IMG/VR virus record: IMGVR_UViG_3300005573_000104
Span: 1-60,003 of that record
Source of the DNA: a virus
Taxonomy: Duplodnaviria; Caudoviricetes
DNA: 60,003 nt
Reading direction: 5' to 3' (one strand)
The notes beneath the pieces were generated by a model. That model had not been told where the DNA came from. It searched no databases and was given only the letters and a program-made list of their open reading frames with translations. A program made the translations under genes and the position numbers. Of the stretch, positions 19,967-30,470 are shown one piece after another. Positions within the stretch are counted from its first letter, which is position 1. The number at the start of each line of letters is the position of its first letter.

Positions 19967-21566
19967 AATTATTCCGTACAATCAATTGTTTCTTAAACTT
20001 GATGGTCTCTCATTATCGGAGATAGATCTATTAAAAGACATACTTAAATTTAGTGATGATGAGAAAGACCAAGAGGTATTCTTTCATGATGATGATAAGA
20101 ATAATGAGGAGGATAACCAGGAATATCAGGTTTATTTAAATAATGAGGATGGATTTTTTGTTCTTAGTGGTCTTAAAAATTATCTTATTTCTCAGTTTAC
20201 TGAGAGGGGGATTGATTTTGAAGACCACTTTGAGCAGGAATTGAAAATGGAATATGAGCCAATTACAGATAAGTATTATCTTGATTGTAGTAATGATGGT
20301 GAGCGAAAATTTGAGTTAAGAGATTATCAAATATCTTCTGCTAATAAGGCGCTTCTTTTCCAGCGTGGTATTCTTGAGATACCTACCAGAGGTGGAAAGA
20401 CTGAGATAGTTCTTGCTGCTATGAAGAGATTTAGAGAAAAGTATCCAGAATCGAAATGTTTATTAGTCTCATTTTCTTCATGGCTTATGCTTCAGAGTTA
20501 TAATAGGTGTCTTCAGAGAGGATTTACTTCTGTTGGTAGATTATCTGGTGAATATAATGAGATAGAGGGGAATTATATAATTAGTGCTGTTATAGATTCT
20601 TTATATAACTCTGTTAAGAAGTTTCATAAAACTGGTGAGAGGGATGAGATTTATAGGCTGTTAGAAGAGGTAGAATTTATATTTTTTGATGAAGTTCATA
20701 TGTTTGGGGCAGTAAGTAACTATTCCACTTTTTTGGAGTGTAAGAATGTAAAAATGTTTATTGGAGTTTCTGGTACTCCTTTTGTTGATAGAATAGGACC
20801 ATATTCTAATATCAGGGATGCATTTGTTGTTGGGTACACTGGTGGATTAATTCAAAAAATTTCTTATCAGTATTTGGTTGAGAGAGGGTATTTAGCAGAT
20901 ACTCATGTATTCTTTTTATCGTATGAATTTAAAACTCCCAGGTACTTTATTTATTCTTATAGGAAGGTCTATGAATATTATATAGTGGAAAATAGAAATA
21001 GAAACGCTCTAGCTGTAGAAATTGCTGAAAAATTTTTTGAAAATGGTCTTACATGTCTGTTGTTAGTGAAAAGACTAGCTCATGGTAGGGAGCTTTTAAA
21101 AAGAATTTCGTTGTTCTATAAGGATGTTAAGTTTATTTATGGAGGTCCTGTTGTAGAAGGTATTGTTGATGGGGAGGTAAAAGAGTTAGATAATTTTCCT
21201 ATAATGGAAAAATTTAATAAGGGAGAAATTAAGATATTAATAGGATCGGATGTTATTGCTACTGGTATAGATTTTCCTGCTCTTGATGCAGCTATTTTGT
21301 TAAGGGGGGAAGGAGTTTCTTATATTCCTACTCTTCAAACTGTAGCAAGGGCAACAAGTCCTAATTCTTACGAAAATAAAGCTTTTATTGTTGATTTTGT
21401 TGATTCTATACATGCTTATCTTGCCAGGCATTCAAGTTTTAGACTTAGAGATTACTATAATAGGGGTTATAAAGTTCATTTCAGTATTAATGAACTTGTC
21501 GATATGATTAGGGAAGTGAAGGAAATTAGAGAAAGAATGAAAAATACTGAACAGTATATACGTTAA
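19959..21566 (+). CDS. SF2 DEAD/DEAH helicase (UvsW-like)
   Basis: LRDYQ, PTRGGKT, DEVH, SGTP, TGID, QTVARA. Confidence 0.9.
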   Translation: MIKIIPYNQLFLKLDGLSLSEIDLLKDILKFSDDEKDQEVFFHDDDKNNEEDNQEYQVYLNNEDGFFVLSGLKNYLISQFTERGIDFEDHFEQELKMEYEPITDKYYLDCSNDGERKFELRDYQISSANKALLFQRGILEIPTRGGKTEIVLAAMKRFREKYPESKCLLVSFSSWLMLQSYNRCLQRGFTSVGRLSGEYNEIEGNYIISAVIDSLYNSVKKFHKTGERDEIYRLLEEVEFIFFDEVHMFGAVSNYSTFLECKNVKMFIGVSGTPFVDRIGPYSNIRDAFVVGYTGGLIQKISYQYLVERGYLADTHVFFLSYEFKTPRYFIYSYRKVYEYYIVENRNRNALAVEIAEKFFENGLTCLLLVKRLAHGRELLKRISLFYKDVKFIYGGPVVEGIVDGEVKELDNFPIMEKFNKGEIKILIGSDVIATGIDFPALDAAILLRGEGVSYIPTLQTVARATSPNSYENKAFIVDFVDSIHAYLARHSSFRLRDYYNRGYKVHFSINELVDMIREVKEIRERMKNTEQYIR

Positions 21567-21613
21567 AATTTTTATAGATTTCAATAACGAGAATAATTTT
21601 AAATGGAGTAAGT

Positions 21614-22951
21614 ATGCCGGGAGTTATTGATTATAATATTGATTTTCAACTTGCTATTTTAGCGTTAATGATTAGAGACAGATCGTTTTTGTCTGATTAT
21701 GGTTATGATATAATTAAGCCAGAGATATTTGAAAACTTTTATTTATCTACAATTTGTAATTTTATTGTAACATATTTTGTTAAATACGGGTCAGCTCCTA
21801 CTCAGGCAGTATTAACTGCTCAGGTTCAGGATTATTGTAATACGATGAAGTTTAGTGATGAGATCTTATCAAATTATAATTCCTTTGTATCAAGAATCTG
21901 TACTGATGACTTTGGGGATCTTGATTTTGTCAAGGAGAAGGTATTGTCATGGGTTAGGAGGCAATCTTTCAGGGAAGGGATAAAAGAATCTCATAAACTT
22001 CTTGAAGAGGGGAAATATGAAGAGGCTCTCCAGCATATGCTAAAGAAAATGATGATAGGTCATAATGTTGGTAGTGGTTCTTCGTTGAAGTCCAAGATAG
22101 ATACTTTTCCTGAGGAATATAGGAGATTATTTGGTCGTGAGGCTGTTATAGGTTCTGGATTCCCCTCTCTTGATATTTGTTTAAATGGCGGATTTGGTAA
22201 GAGAAGATTATATGTATTTCTTGCTCATCCTAAGGGTGGTAAGACTACTATGTTAGTAAATCTGGCGTGTAATTTTTTAAGACAAGGTCTTCCTGTTATG
22301 TATTATACTTGTGAGATGGAAGAGACAGAAATTTTGTTTAAGATATTTTCTAATTTGTCATTAATGACTCATGAAGAGATTATAAATCCACTTAATGATC
22401 AAAGATTTAGAAAGGAATTAGAAGAATTTAAGAAATATTCTGCAGATATCAGGGTGAAATTTTTTAATGGTGGGACTATTTCTACTAATGCTATAAAATC
22501 TCATCTTTCGAAATTGAAGATAACTACTGGATTTTCCCCTGAAGTTGTTATAGTAGATTATGCTGATTATCTTATTCCAACTGTCGGTTTGAAGGATTTT
22601 ATGTATGATGATCTTGGTAATGTTTATCAAGATTTGATTAATCTTGGTGATTACTTCGATGTTCCTGTAATAACAGCGTCTCAGCCTAAGGTAGGGGCAT
22701 GGGAAAAGGAATTTCTCGGGATTGGAGATATGTCCGGTTCTAGCAAGAAAGAGGCATTATTGTATGCTCTTATTAGTATAAACCAAAATAGTGAGGATAG
22801 AAATAAAAATCCTGAGGAATTTAAGTTGTATGTTTCTGCTGTAAGGATGGGGTTATCAGATAAGGTTATTTATTGTAAGTGGGATAAGGATAAAAATTAT
22901 ATGCAAGAAATCGAAGAGAAAAATATTCTTATTAGGAGATTAGAGAAATAA
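21614..22951 (+). CDS. DnaB-like replicative helicase
   Basis: SGFPSLD, HPKGGKTT, TCEM, VIVDYAD, VITASQ. Confidence 0.9.
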   Translation: MPGVIDYNIDFQLAILALMIRDRSFLSDYGYDIIKPEIFENFYLSTICNFIVTYFVKYGSAPTQAVLTAQVQDYCNTMKFSDEILSNYNSFVSRICTDDFGDLDFVKEKVLSWVRRQSFREGIKESHKLLEEGKYEEALQHMLKKMMIGHNVGSGSSLKSKIDTFPEEYRRLFGREAVIGSGFPSLDICLNGGFGKRRLYVFLAHPKGGKTTMLVNLACNFLRQGLPVMYYTCEMEETEILFKIFSNLSLMTHEEIINPLNDQRFRKELEEFKKYSADIRVKFFNGGTISTNAIKSHLSKLKITTGFSPEVVIVDYADYLIPTVGLKDFMYDDLGNVYQDLINLGDYFDVPVITASQPKVGAWEKEFLGIGDMSGSSKKEALLYALISINQNSEDRNKNPEEFKLYVSAVRMGLSDKVIYCKWDKDKNYMQEIEEKNILIRRLEK

Positions 22952-22953
22952 GT

Positions 22954-22991
22954 GGGAACCTTTTATTCATTTCTTACGTTTTAAATATGAA
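22954..22991 (+). promoter_or_regulatory. repeated ECF-type promoter, copy 3
   Basis: GGGAACCTTTTATTCATTTCTTACGTTTTAAATATGAA. Confidence 0.8.
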
Positions 22992-23021
22992 CTGGTTTAA
23001 AAAGTAAAAGGAGATAGAGAC

Positions 23022-23267
23022 ATGACACAGCTAGAATTCCCATTGAGAGTGCGGGAACTTTTAAAGTCGAGGGGGTATGATTATGATAAGTCCGATTTTA
23101 CTTATAAGATGGATAATTTTGGAATGGTTGATGTTTATTTTGGTGGGGTATATTCTAAGCACAAGTTTCCGTTTCTACATGTTGGTTTCTTTGCACCATC
23201 TGAAGAAAATGCTGAAAAAACCGTTTCACGGGTCGAACATTTTTATCAAAAACTACAAGTTAAATGA
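23022..23267 (+). CDS. hypothetical protein
   Basis: AGGAG RBS; lies between promoter copies 3 and 4. Confidence 0.65.
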   Translation: MTQLEFPLRVRELLKSRGYDYDKSDFTYKMDNFGMVDVYFGGVYSKHKFPFLHVGFFAPSEENAEKTVSRVEHFYQKLQVK

Positions 23268-23274
23268 TAAAGAT

Positions 23275-23310
23275 GGGAACCTTTTGTTCATTTCTTACGT
23301 TTTAAATTAG
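23275..23310 (+). promoter_or_regulatory. repeated ECF-type promoter, copy 4
   Basis: GGGAACCTTTTGTTCATTTCTTACGTTTTAAATTAG. Confidence 0.8.
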
Positions 23311-23510
23311 AGGGAAGATATGAAATGATTAAGACAGCAAGATTGTTTTTGAATTTTAAAAAAGGGAGTGCAGATCATGTCAGTTAATTCTATAACAGTT
23401 GTGTTTTTTGTTTCTGTAGTTTTCTTGGTCATTATGGTAGATTTTGTTATTGCGTATATAATACTTGAGAAAATTGCTAACTATTTTTTAAATCGAAAGC
23501 GGATAAGGAA

Positions 23511-23834
23511 ATGAAAGCAGTAAAGAATGAATACGGCGAGTACGTCGTAGTTGAGGGTGAATCTCGATATTTTGAGACTGAGTCAGCACAGCCAACATCA
23601 CGGTTATTGAATGGTAGTCGTGATGCTAACTACGATGCTGAATATATAGGTTATGGCGAGATTGACGGCATCCCCGTGACAGCGGTTTATCTGTTTCATG
23701 CGGAGGATTGGGATAATGATGATGAGGACAGCTGGGATTGGGAGCACGCACTAAAGCGTATCATTGTCAATGTTGATAAGCTATCCGATCAGCAGTACGA
23801 ACAATTAGTACGAGGAAGGGAGGTTAAAAGATGA
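23511..23834 (+). CDS. hypothetical acidic protein
   Basis: 107 aa ORF, D/E rich. Confidence 0.65.
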   Translation: MKAVKNEYGEYVVVEGESRYFETESAQPTSRLLNGSRDANYDAEYIGYGEIDGIPVTAVYLFHAEDWDNDDEDSWDWEHALKRIIVNVDKLSDQQYEQLVRGREVKR

Positions 23835-24361
23835 TGGAATTAACAAGGATGGTGGTTACCGCTTCTCCATTTTTTGAAGTTGGAGAGGAGCGGGTGTTTA
23901 AGCGTACCACTTCGAATGGTGGAACAATTATGACATGGTCTCATGAAACTGTAATATTGAAGCGAACATCAGATGGGGCTAAAATTGTAGGTAACTGGGA
24001 TGTTGGGGAAAAACGATATCTTGAAAGTTTGAGTTCTGATTTTGATCCGAGGTTGACAAAGTATGAAGTGGATGGGGAATGTATTATACTTTCTAATTCT
24101 GATTTATTGATTCACGATGAGGATGAGTTTAAAAGCAAGTTGATTATGTATTGGTTCTTAGTGTGTGAAGATTCGCATCGTACAGTTAAAGAGGTAAAGG
24201 TTCGTTGGGGTGGAAAAGTATATACTATTTGGGGCAGCTGGAGTATTAGTTCTCGCCCTGAGTCCGATTCTGACAAGTGGATGAAGGAGGGAATAGGATA
24301 TCCAACCTTGAAAAGTTCTGCAGAGATCGAGAAAATGCGGCAGTGGGGATATTATGTTTAA
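23831..24361 (+). CDS. hypothetical protein
   Basis: GGAGG RBS; ATGA overlap with the upstream gene. Confidence 0.65.
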   Translation: MMELTRMVVTASPFFEVGEERVFKRTTSNGGTIMTWSHETVILKRTSDGAKIVGNWDVGEKRYLESLSSDFDPRLTKYEVDGECIILSNSDLLIHDEDEFKSKLIMYWFLVCEDSHRTVKEVKVRWGGKVYTIWGSWSISSRPESDSDKWMKEGIGYPTLKSSAEIEKMRQWGYYV

Positions 24362-24381
24362 GTGGAACTGGAGGTAAGAAA

Positions 24382-24630
24382 ATGACACACAACGAAGCAA
24401 TGCAGCATATATATGAGAGTCTAAAACAGGGTAAATATACGTACGACGACCTTGAAAAGTTATACGTGCGTTTGAGGTTGCACGAACCTGATTTCGATTT
24501 CACGATGAACGTCAGCGCAGAGATTGACAAGCTTGCTCATAGCTTCCCGCACTGGCGGGGATGGGATGGGCGTGAATGGTTTGGTGTGGATACCGATAGG
24601 AGGAGAAAATGGGATATAATAGTTTTATAA
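24382..24630 (+). CDS. hypothetical protein, paralog of 12097..12330
   Basis: GGAGG RBS; shared motif pattern. Confidence 0.65.
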   Translation: MTHNEAMQHIYESLKQGKYTYDDLEKLYVRLRLHEPDFDFTMNVSAEIDKLAHSFPHWRGWDGREWFGVDTDRRRKWDIIVL

Positions 24631-24786
24631 CGAATCAGCATTTGGAAGCAGACTCCTATCAAGAAAATATATCTCTTGCACATTATTTTATATTTAATAA
24701 AGACAGGGACATGGTTGAAGATAGGCTGTTTTTATTCATTAACAATGAGCCTGTTGCGGTGTGGATTGCAAAATATTAATACAGCC

Positions 24787-25137
24787 ATGAAAGTTTATCT
24801 TATGAATTCCGCTATGATGCCTGCTGAAGGTATATATACACTAAAGAGGATTACTATAGGTGATTTTGAATATCTTCTTATACGTGCATATATGTCAGGA
24901 CAGCTAGAAAACCATATCGGTTATGAACAGAATTTGAAACTTATAGCTGATTGGTGTGATATAAGGCTCTCTCCTGATCGTACTGAGGTTCATGGTCTTC
25001 AAGATGGAGATCGACTTCTTATAATGAAACTAAAATATCGTGTAAGCGATACTGCTCTTAAGACAGATAAGAAGTTCCAAAATAGCGTTTCTGCTGATGA
25101 TTTTGACTTCTTCTTATCAGAATATAAAGGATCATAG
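24787..25137 (+). CDS. DUF1874 / AcrIII-1-like (viral ring nuclease family) protein
   Basis: MKVYLMNS, IGYEQN (family has IGH), DR.EV..L.DGD.LLIMKL.YR; 116 aa. Confidence 0.65.
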   Translation: MKVYLMNSAMMPAEGIYTLKRITIGDFEYLLIRAYMSGQLENHIGYEQNLKLIADWCDIRLSPDRTEVHGLQDGDRLLIMKLKYRVSDTALKTDKKFQNSVSADDFDFFLSEYKGS

Positions 25138-25139
25138 AG

Positions 25140-25592
25140 ATGTGTGTTAATACAGATTATAAAGGCTCTGAAGAAGAGTTTTCTAGATTAGTCAAAGGTA
25201 TTCAATTAAAGAGGGTGGTAAGAAGAAATGGCAGTCTTTTTACTCCTTTTTGTTTGATGCCAATTGAGTTTGATAGAGTCTATTATGAGGACTCAAACGA
25301 TATGATAGATAATAAGTATCCAGTATCTTTCCATGCATATCGTCTTATTACTGATGATTATACTGGCAATTTCTTTCATGACATGGTTGAGTATAGTGTT
25401 AGAGGAAAGGTTAGGATAGAATTTGACGTCCCTGCCATTATTGAAGATATTGTTGCTTATGATGTTATGCAAGTAGCAGGACGGGTGATATATGTGTTTA
25501 GTGAGAAGACTTGGAAAGAATATAATACAAGAAGAAAGCCGATTCATATATCTGATGAAATAATAGTGGAAACAGAAGATATTTTAAACTAA
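25140..25592 (+). CDS. hypothetical protein, paralog family with 33814..34284 and 28232..
   Basis: Shared MC..., PxExDxVY, FHAYR, VPxIIED, QVAGRV, KPIHI. Confidence 0.7.
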   Translation: MCVNTDYKGSEEEFSRLVKGIQLKRVVRRNGSLFTPFCLMPIEFDRVYYEDSNDMIDNKYPVSFHAYRLITDDYTGNFFHDMVEYSVRGKVRIEFDVPAIIEDIVAYDVMQVAGRVIYVFSEKTWKEYNTRRKPIHISDEIIVETEDILN

Positions 25593-25667
25593 TAAAGGAG
25601 GCATCTTCGATGAAGATCATTACGTTTATAGTTATAATCTGGATAGCTATTATAGTTTATATGATTT

Positions 25668-25997
25668 ATGAAATCTCTAATGCTGAGGAAGGTTGGGAAG
25701 ACGAGGAAGGTTATCATAGGGGTAGAAAAGAAGGCAAAGCGGCAAATCGGGATGAAGAAGAGAAGAAGTAAAAAACACGTAAAGCTCTTCGAGTGGACGA
25801 GGATTAAGCCAGATTATCCATCTTTGTTTATTACTAGAGATAAGGCGTTCCATTCAGACTATTATAATTATGCTATTTGGGAAATAGTCTTTAGTGAGGA
25901 TGAAGGTTATAATATGTTACTGGATGGGGAGGGATATGAGTGGGGTGCACTTGAAGATTTTGTGGCCGATGAATATATGATAATTGAGAAATACTAA
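25668..25997 (+). CDS. hypothetical protein (start uncertain), similar to 40180..40392
   Basis: W...P...FxTR...ADxYxIIE pattern shared. Confidence 0.55.
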   Translation: MKSLMLRKVGKTRKVIIGVEKKAKRQIGMKKRRSKKHVKLFEWTRIKPDYPSLFITRDKAFHSDYYNYAIWEIVFSEDEGYNMLLDGEGYEWGALEDFVADEYMIIEKY

Positions 25998-26046
25998 TAA
26001 AATGGTTTGATAAATTAAAAATAAGCTATTTTAATTGGAGCTTTAA

Positions 26047-26706
26047 ATGAAAAATAACGGTCTAGTTATGAGGCTTATGGAAGATAACAGGAGTTATATC
26101 CGGAAGATGTGTTTTAAGCACTATAATTCTAAATATTCATCTGAGGATTTATATCAGATCGTGGCTTTAAAGACTATTGAATGGCTTGGCAAAGATGAAG
26201 ATCTTATTAATAAGAATATTTTTGATTTGAGAAGAATTCATAAAAAAGTGGTTCATGATGCTATAATAGATGAGATCAGAAAGACATTGAGGGAGATTGA
26301 TTCCTCGATCCATAAGCTCAGGGTAGATGATATTAAGGAGTATCACCATCCTGTTGATCCTTCTAATCCGATCGGAGAGTTTGAAACTGGTGAGATAGCT
26401 AAATTGATAGAGGACAGAGTTAGAATAATAAACGAAAGGAAAGGTTATTCTGGTATTTATGAATTCTTTCTTGAAGCTGTAAATCCTAGTGAAGAGACTC
26501 TTGCTCTATATGAGGATTATAAGAAGAGTAAAACTAGGGTGAGAAGTTCTGCCAATGGGTATCTTATTCCCCCATTTGTTCTGGCAAAATTATTAGGAAT
26601 TAGTCGTAATAAAATGTATAAGTATAGGTCCGCTATTTGGGAGGTATGTAAGGAGCTTTTCCCAAAGGAGGATCTTGCAAGTTTATATAAGCTTGGCTGG
26701 AAGTGA
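26047..26706 (+). CDS. sigma-70 family (ECF-sized) RNA polymerase sigma factor
   Basis: Region 2-like SEDLYQIV...HDAIIDEIRK; C-terminal HTH LAKLLGISRNKMYKYR; 219 aa. Confidence 0.7.
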   Translation: MKNNGLVMRLMEDNRSYIRKMCFKHYNSKYSSEDLYQIVALKTIEWLGKDEDLINKNIFDLRRIHKKVVHDAIIDEIRKTLREIDSSIHKLRVDDIKEYHHPVDPSNPIGEFETGEIAKLIEDRVRIINERKGYSGIYEFFLEAVNPSEETLALYEDYKKSKTRVRSSANGYLIPPFVLAKLLGISRNKMYKYRSAIWEVCKELFPKEDLASLYKLGWK

Positions 26707-27197
26707 TACTAGAATTTACAAAGAAATATTGGTTTTTAAGTAATTTTTACCCAGTTAATATTTACTATGATGGTATATTTTATCCGACTGTTAGTCATGC
26801 TTATCATGCTCAGAAGTTGTTAGATATTTATAATAAGAAAATTATTTCACAGGTTTCTGAGGAAACTCTTATAGTGGATTTTATTGATAATAATTTTAGA
26901 GATTGGGAAAGGGATCCTCTTTTTAAGTTTAAGAAACTTGAGATAATGGATGATTTATTAAGAATAAAATTTTCTAATCCAATTCTGCTTGCTAGGTTGT
27001 TGAAGACTGGGCATGAAAACTTAATATATGGTAATTATTTCCATATGAATTTCTGGGGATCTTGCCTGTGTGGGCATTGTAATAATTCTGGTGAAAATCA
27101 TTTGGGTAAGATTCTAATGCTTGTAAGAGAAGAAGCTGAAATTAAAGGTGGTTATAGTTACGTAAATTCTTTATTGAAATATGGTAAATACTATTAA
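26703..27197 (+). CDS. NADAR (YbiA-like) family protein
   Basis: FLSNFYP, YPTVSHAYHAQK, KFSNP.L...LLKTG, FWG...GENHLGKILM.VR. Confidence 0.85.
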   Translation: MILEFTKKYWFLSNFYPVNIYYDGIFYPTVSHAYHAQKLLDIYNKKIISQVSEETLIVDFIDNNFRDWERDPLFKFKKLEIMDDLLRIKFSNPILLARLLKTGHENLIYGNYFHMNFWGSCLCGHCNNSGENHLGKILMLVREEAEIKGGYSYVNSLLKYGKYY

Positions 27198-27585
27198 ACT
27201 GGGTCCAGATGTAATGGCAGCTCGTATAGTTCAGAATGAGTTAAGAAAAATAATTTCTGATAGAGAGTTTGAAACCCTAAAAAGAATGTATAAACTGAGA
27301 AAGATTTTTAAGAAGAGAGCAAGAAATTACTTTTCGAATATTGTTAATAGAGTGTTAGTTGATTTGTTAGAGATTATAACCAGTATGTCTTTTTATGAGG
27401 CTGTTTATATCTCTTATGCCTTAGCGGACTTACTTTTTATTTATAGATTTTTTAATATTGATACTGTTAATAATATTAGGAAGATCCTACCGGAAGTGAA
27501 GTTGACTGGATGGAATAACGCTAAGAAAGACTATTTTGATGAGACATTTGAAACTCAAGTGAAGTTTATATTGACCAGGAGATAG
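27181..27585 (+). CDS. hypothetical protein
   Basis: 134 aa ORF in operon. Confidence 0.55.
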   Translation: MVNTIKLGPDVMAARIVQNELRKIISDREFETLKRMYKLRKIFKKRARNYFSNIVNRVLVDLLEIITSMSFYEAVYISYALADLLFIYRFFNIDTVNNIRKILPEVKLTGWNNAKKDYFDETFETQVKFILTRR

Positions 27586-27587
27586 CA

Positions 27588-28220
27588 ATGTCAAATTATT
27601 TTGAGGCTATAGAAGGAATTAGAAGAGTATCCCAGATAAGACGTTATTCTGGTATGTTTCAGAACATTCCTCAAAGTGTTTCAGATCATTGTTTTAATAC
27701 AGCTGTTCTTGGATTTTTGTTGGCAAGGAATATTAAGAATGAAAATACTGAAAACACTGAAAATACACCAGATGAGGTTATTGTTTTGAATCCTGAGCGT
27801 GTTGCTATCAGAGCTTTGTTTCATGATGTTGGTGAGGCTTTTACTGGTGATATTCCTTATCATTTTAGGAATAGATTAGTTAAGGAATTTGCTGATCGAT
27901 GTGTAAGTATGTCAAGAATTGAATCCTTTTTTATCGATGAGCTTACTGATAATTATCCTGATGATGTTAGAAATTTGATAAAGTTTTTTATTGATGAGGA
28001 TGATGAATCTGATCCAAATTATATTGTAGTGAAATTTTCTGATGTACTTGAGTCTGTTATTCACTCATATGAAGAAATGTCTACCGGTAATGACTTTTCA
28101 AGAGTGATATTTGAGAATGGTTTGTCAGTTATTAGAGAGAAGCTGGATAAAAATACTTGGCTAAAGTGTAGTATGGTGGATGATATTATTAATAAGTTTA
28201 CTTTTAATATGCTATACTAG
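27588..28220 (+). CDS. HD-domain 5'-deoxynucleotidase (YfbR/DatZ-like)
   Basis: RRYS, QSVSDH, ALFHDVGEAFTGDIP, VKFSD. Confidence 0.85.
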   Translation: MSNYFEAIEGIRRVSQIRRYSGMFQNIPQSVSDHCFNTAVLGFLLARNIKNENTENTENTPDEVIVLNPERVAIRALFHDVGEAFTGDIPYHFRNRLVKEFADRCVSMSRIESFFIDELTDNYPDDVRNLIKFFIDEDDESDPNYIVVKFSDVLESVIHSYEEMSTGNDFSRVIFENGLSVIREKLDKNTWLKCSMVDDIINKFTFNMLY

Positions 28221-28477
28221 GAGGTAATAAAATGTGCGTGTATACTTTGCATGAGATGAATAATGAAGAGACTTTACGGATTTTGACATCTATTCAAACA
28301 AAATTATTAGAGGTTGTTAAGATTGGTGAGGAGGAGGCTCTTCGTACTTTGTATCGGGCTTTTCCTGTTGAACTTGATAAAGTTTATTTTGAAACAGATG
28401 AGGAATATATAGTTGAGAGTATTATAAAACTTTAACTAATCTATTGACAAATATAATTATTTATAGTAATTTATTTT

Positions 28478-29050
28478 ATGAAGTTATCTGAATACGCAAA
28501 AAGATTGGGAATAAGTTATAGAACTGCGTGGCGGTATTTTAAGGAAGGGAAGTTAAATGCTTATCAGACGCACACAGGGACAATAATAGTAAAAGAAGAA
28601 TTAAAACCTTCTGATAAGGCAGTTGCTATTTACTGTCGTGTATCATCTTCGGAGAATAAAAGCAATTTGGAGTCTCAGAAAAATAGACTATTAGATTACT
28701 GTGCAGCCAAAGGATATAAAGTTTGCAGGGTAGTTACAGAGGTCGGATCGGGGGTAAATGATACAAGAAAACAGTGGCTTTCATTGCTTAAGGATAAATC
28801 TATTAATCTTATAGTTGTTGAGCATAAAGATAGATTTACAAGATTTGGATTTAATGCATATAAGGTTTTACTGAATAATGAATACAGAGATATAGAAGTA
28901 GTAAATGAAGCTGAAAATGGCAGGGAAGACTTATTACAGGATCTTGTATCTATAATCACATCGTTTTGTGCAAGACTGTATGGGCAGAGGAGATGTAAGA
29001 GAAAGACGGAGAAGATAATCGAGGAGTTACGGGATGCTAAGGACATATAG
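28478..29050 (+). CDS. tnpA: IS607 serine recombinase TnpA
   Basis: N-terminal HTH, YCRVSS catalytic Ser, EVGSG, DRFTRFG, ARLYG. Confidence 0.95.
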   Translation: MKLSEYAKRLGISYRTAWRYFKEGKLNAYQTHTGTIIVKEELKPSDKAVAIYCRVSSSENKSNLESQKNRLLDYCAAKGYKVCRVVTEVGSGVNDTRKQWLSLLKDKSINLIVVEHKDRFTRFGFNAYKVLLNNEYRDIEVVNEAENGREDLLQDLVSIITSFCARLYGQRRCKRKTEKIIEELRDAKDI

Positions 29051-30470
29051 GCTTGAACACTCTGCTAATAGGGGTAAACAAGATTCTGTGATAGCAACTA
29101 TCGGGGAATATAGGAAAGTAGCTAAAAACATAGCAGACTTTCAATGGCGAAGATTTTATGAAGATGCTAGACCATTTTATAAGTATCTGTCTATCAAGCA
29201 TATCTATTCGTTATTATCCGAGCGGTACAAACAGACCTGTCAGTGGCAGGTAGTTAGCGTTTTGAATAGCTTTATTGCAAACAGGAAGAATGATTTTATA
29301 ATGACAGTATTACATTCCTCATTGTCAGAGGAGACAAAAATAGCCCTCCTTACTATCAATAAGTATAACTTATGGTATAGGAAGGGATTAAGGGATATAG
29401 ATACAGATACTCTTAAACTTGCCCGTAAGATATTTAATCATATCATGTCCGGGCATCGAAAGCCATCATTCAAAAATATATCTATGCATCTTGATAATAA
29501 AGTAGCTCTTATATCAGGTAAGGTTGACGGTAAGGCGGTGAATTTTGACTACTGGATCAGATTATCTACTCTTAATAAAGGTAATCCTGTATATCTTCCT
29601 GTTATGACAAACCAGTATTTTGAAGACATAGAGGGTGAGTTGAAAAATTTCTGTCAGATAGGGTTAACTGATAATAATGAGTTAACAGTATCTTTTATCA
29701 AAGAAGTTCCTGATAAAAAAGATACATATAAACCAGTTACTGACAGGATATCTATAGATACGGGACTAAAGACATTATTTGCTACTAATACAGGTGACCT
29801 ATTTGGTAAAAGATTTTATGATACTTTATTAAGGTTTGATACACTTATAACTACATTAGCATCGAACAGACAGAAGCAGGGATTAAGGATAAGAAGTAGT
29901 AGATATGATAAACTGGTTAATAGACTAAGAGCATATCTGGAGAATGAGATTAACAGATGTCTTAATAGACTAGTTACTTTATATATACCTGCTGAGATAG
30001 TAGTAGAGAGACTGGATTTCAGGCACCCTAAGTTATCAAAACGAATGAACCGTCTCATAAGCAATTTTGGTAAGTCTATTATCAAAGCGAAACTTGCCAG
30101 TCTATCAGAAGAATATGGAATAATTGTAACAGAGAGTAATGCAGTCTATAGTTCCCAGGAATGTTCTGTCTGTGGCTATATAGACAAGAAAAATAGGAAA
30201 GACCAGGCGGTTTTTAAGTGCAGGTTTTGTGGTACCAATCTTCATGCTGATGTGAATGCAGCTAGAAATCACCTTGCAAGAAGTTCTTGCGGGGTTATTA
30301 ACGTTTACAAAAGCAAGAAGGTTGTTCTTCATATTCTGGTGAGTAGATTTTTATCTATCCTATCAGATATGGAGCATAAATTTGGAATGCCTCATAGTAA
30401 GGCTAAGGGCTTACTGTCAGGGAATCCTTACTTTAAGGAAGCTCTGGCACAGTCCGAAGGGTTTTTATAA
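29034..30470 (+). CDS. tnpB: RNA-guided endonuclease TnpB
   Basis: SIDTG, VVERL, CSVCG...CRFCG, HADVNAARN. Confidence 0.92.
   Translation: MLRTYRLEHSANRGKQDSVIATIGEYRKVAKNIADFQWRRFYEDARPFYKYLSIKHIYSLLSERYKQTCQWQVVSVLNSFIANRKNDFIMTVLHSSLSEETKIALLTINKYNLWYRKGLRDIDTDTLKLARKIFNHIMSGHRKPSFKNISMHLDNKVALISGKVDGKAVNFDYWIRLSTLNKGNPVYLPVMTNQYFEDIEGELKNFCQIGLTDNNELTVSFIKEVPDKKDTYKPVTDRISIDTGLKTLFATNTGDLFGKRFYDTLLRFDTLITTLASNRQKQGLRIRSSRYDKLVNRLRAYLENEINRCLNRLVTLYIPAEIVVERLDFRHPKLSKRMNRLISNFGKSIIKAKLASLSEEYGIIVTESNAVYSSQECSVCGYIDKKNRKDQAVFKCRFCGTNLHADVNAARNHLARSSCGVINVYKSKKVVLHILVSRFLSILSDMEHKFGMPHSKAKGLLSGNPYFKEALAQSEGFL

Noticed and set aside
27588-28220. HD protein as evidence of a 2-aminoadenine (Z) genome
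   Set aside because: No PurZ or MazZ-like gene in the window; YfbR-like HD proteins are common in phages
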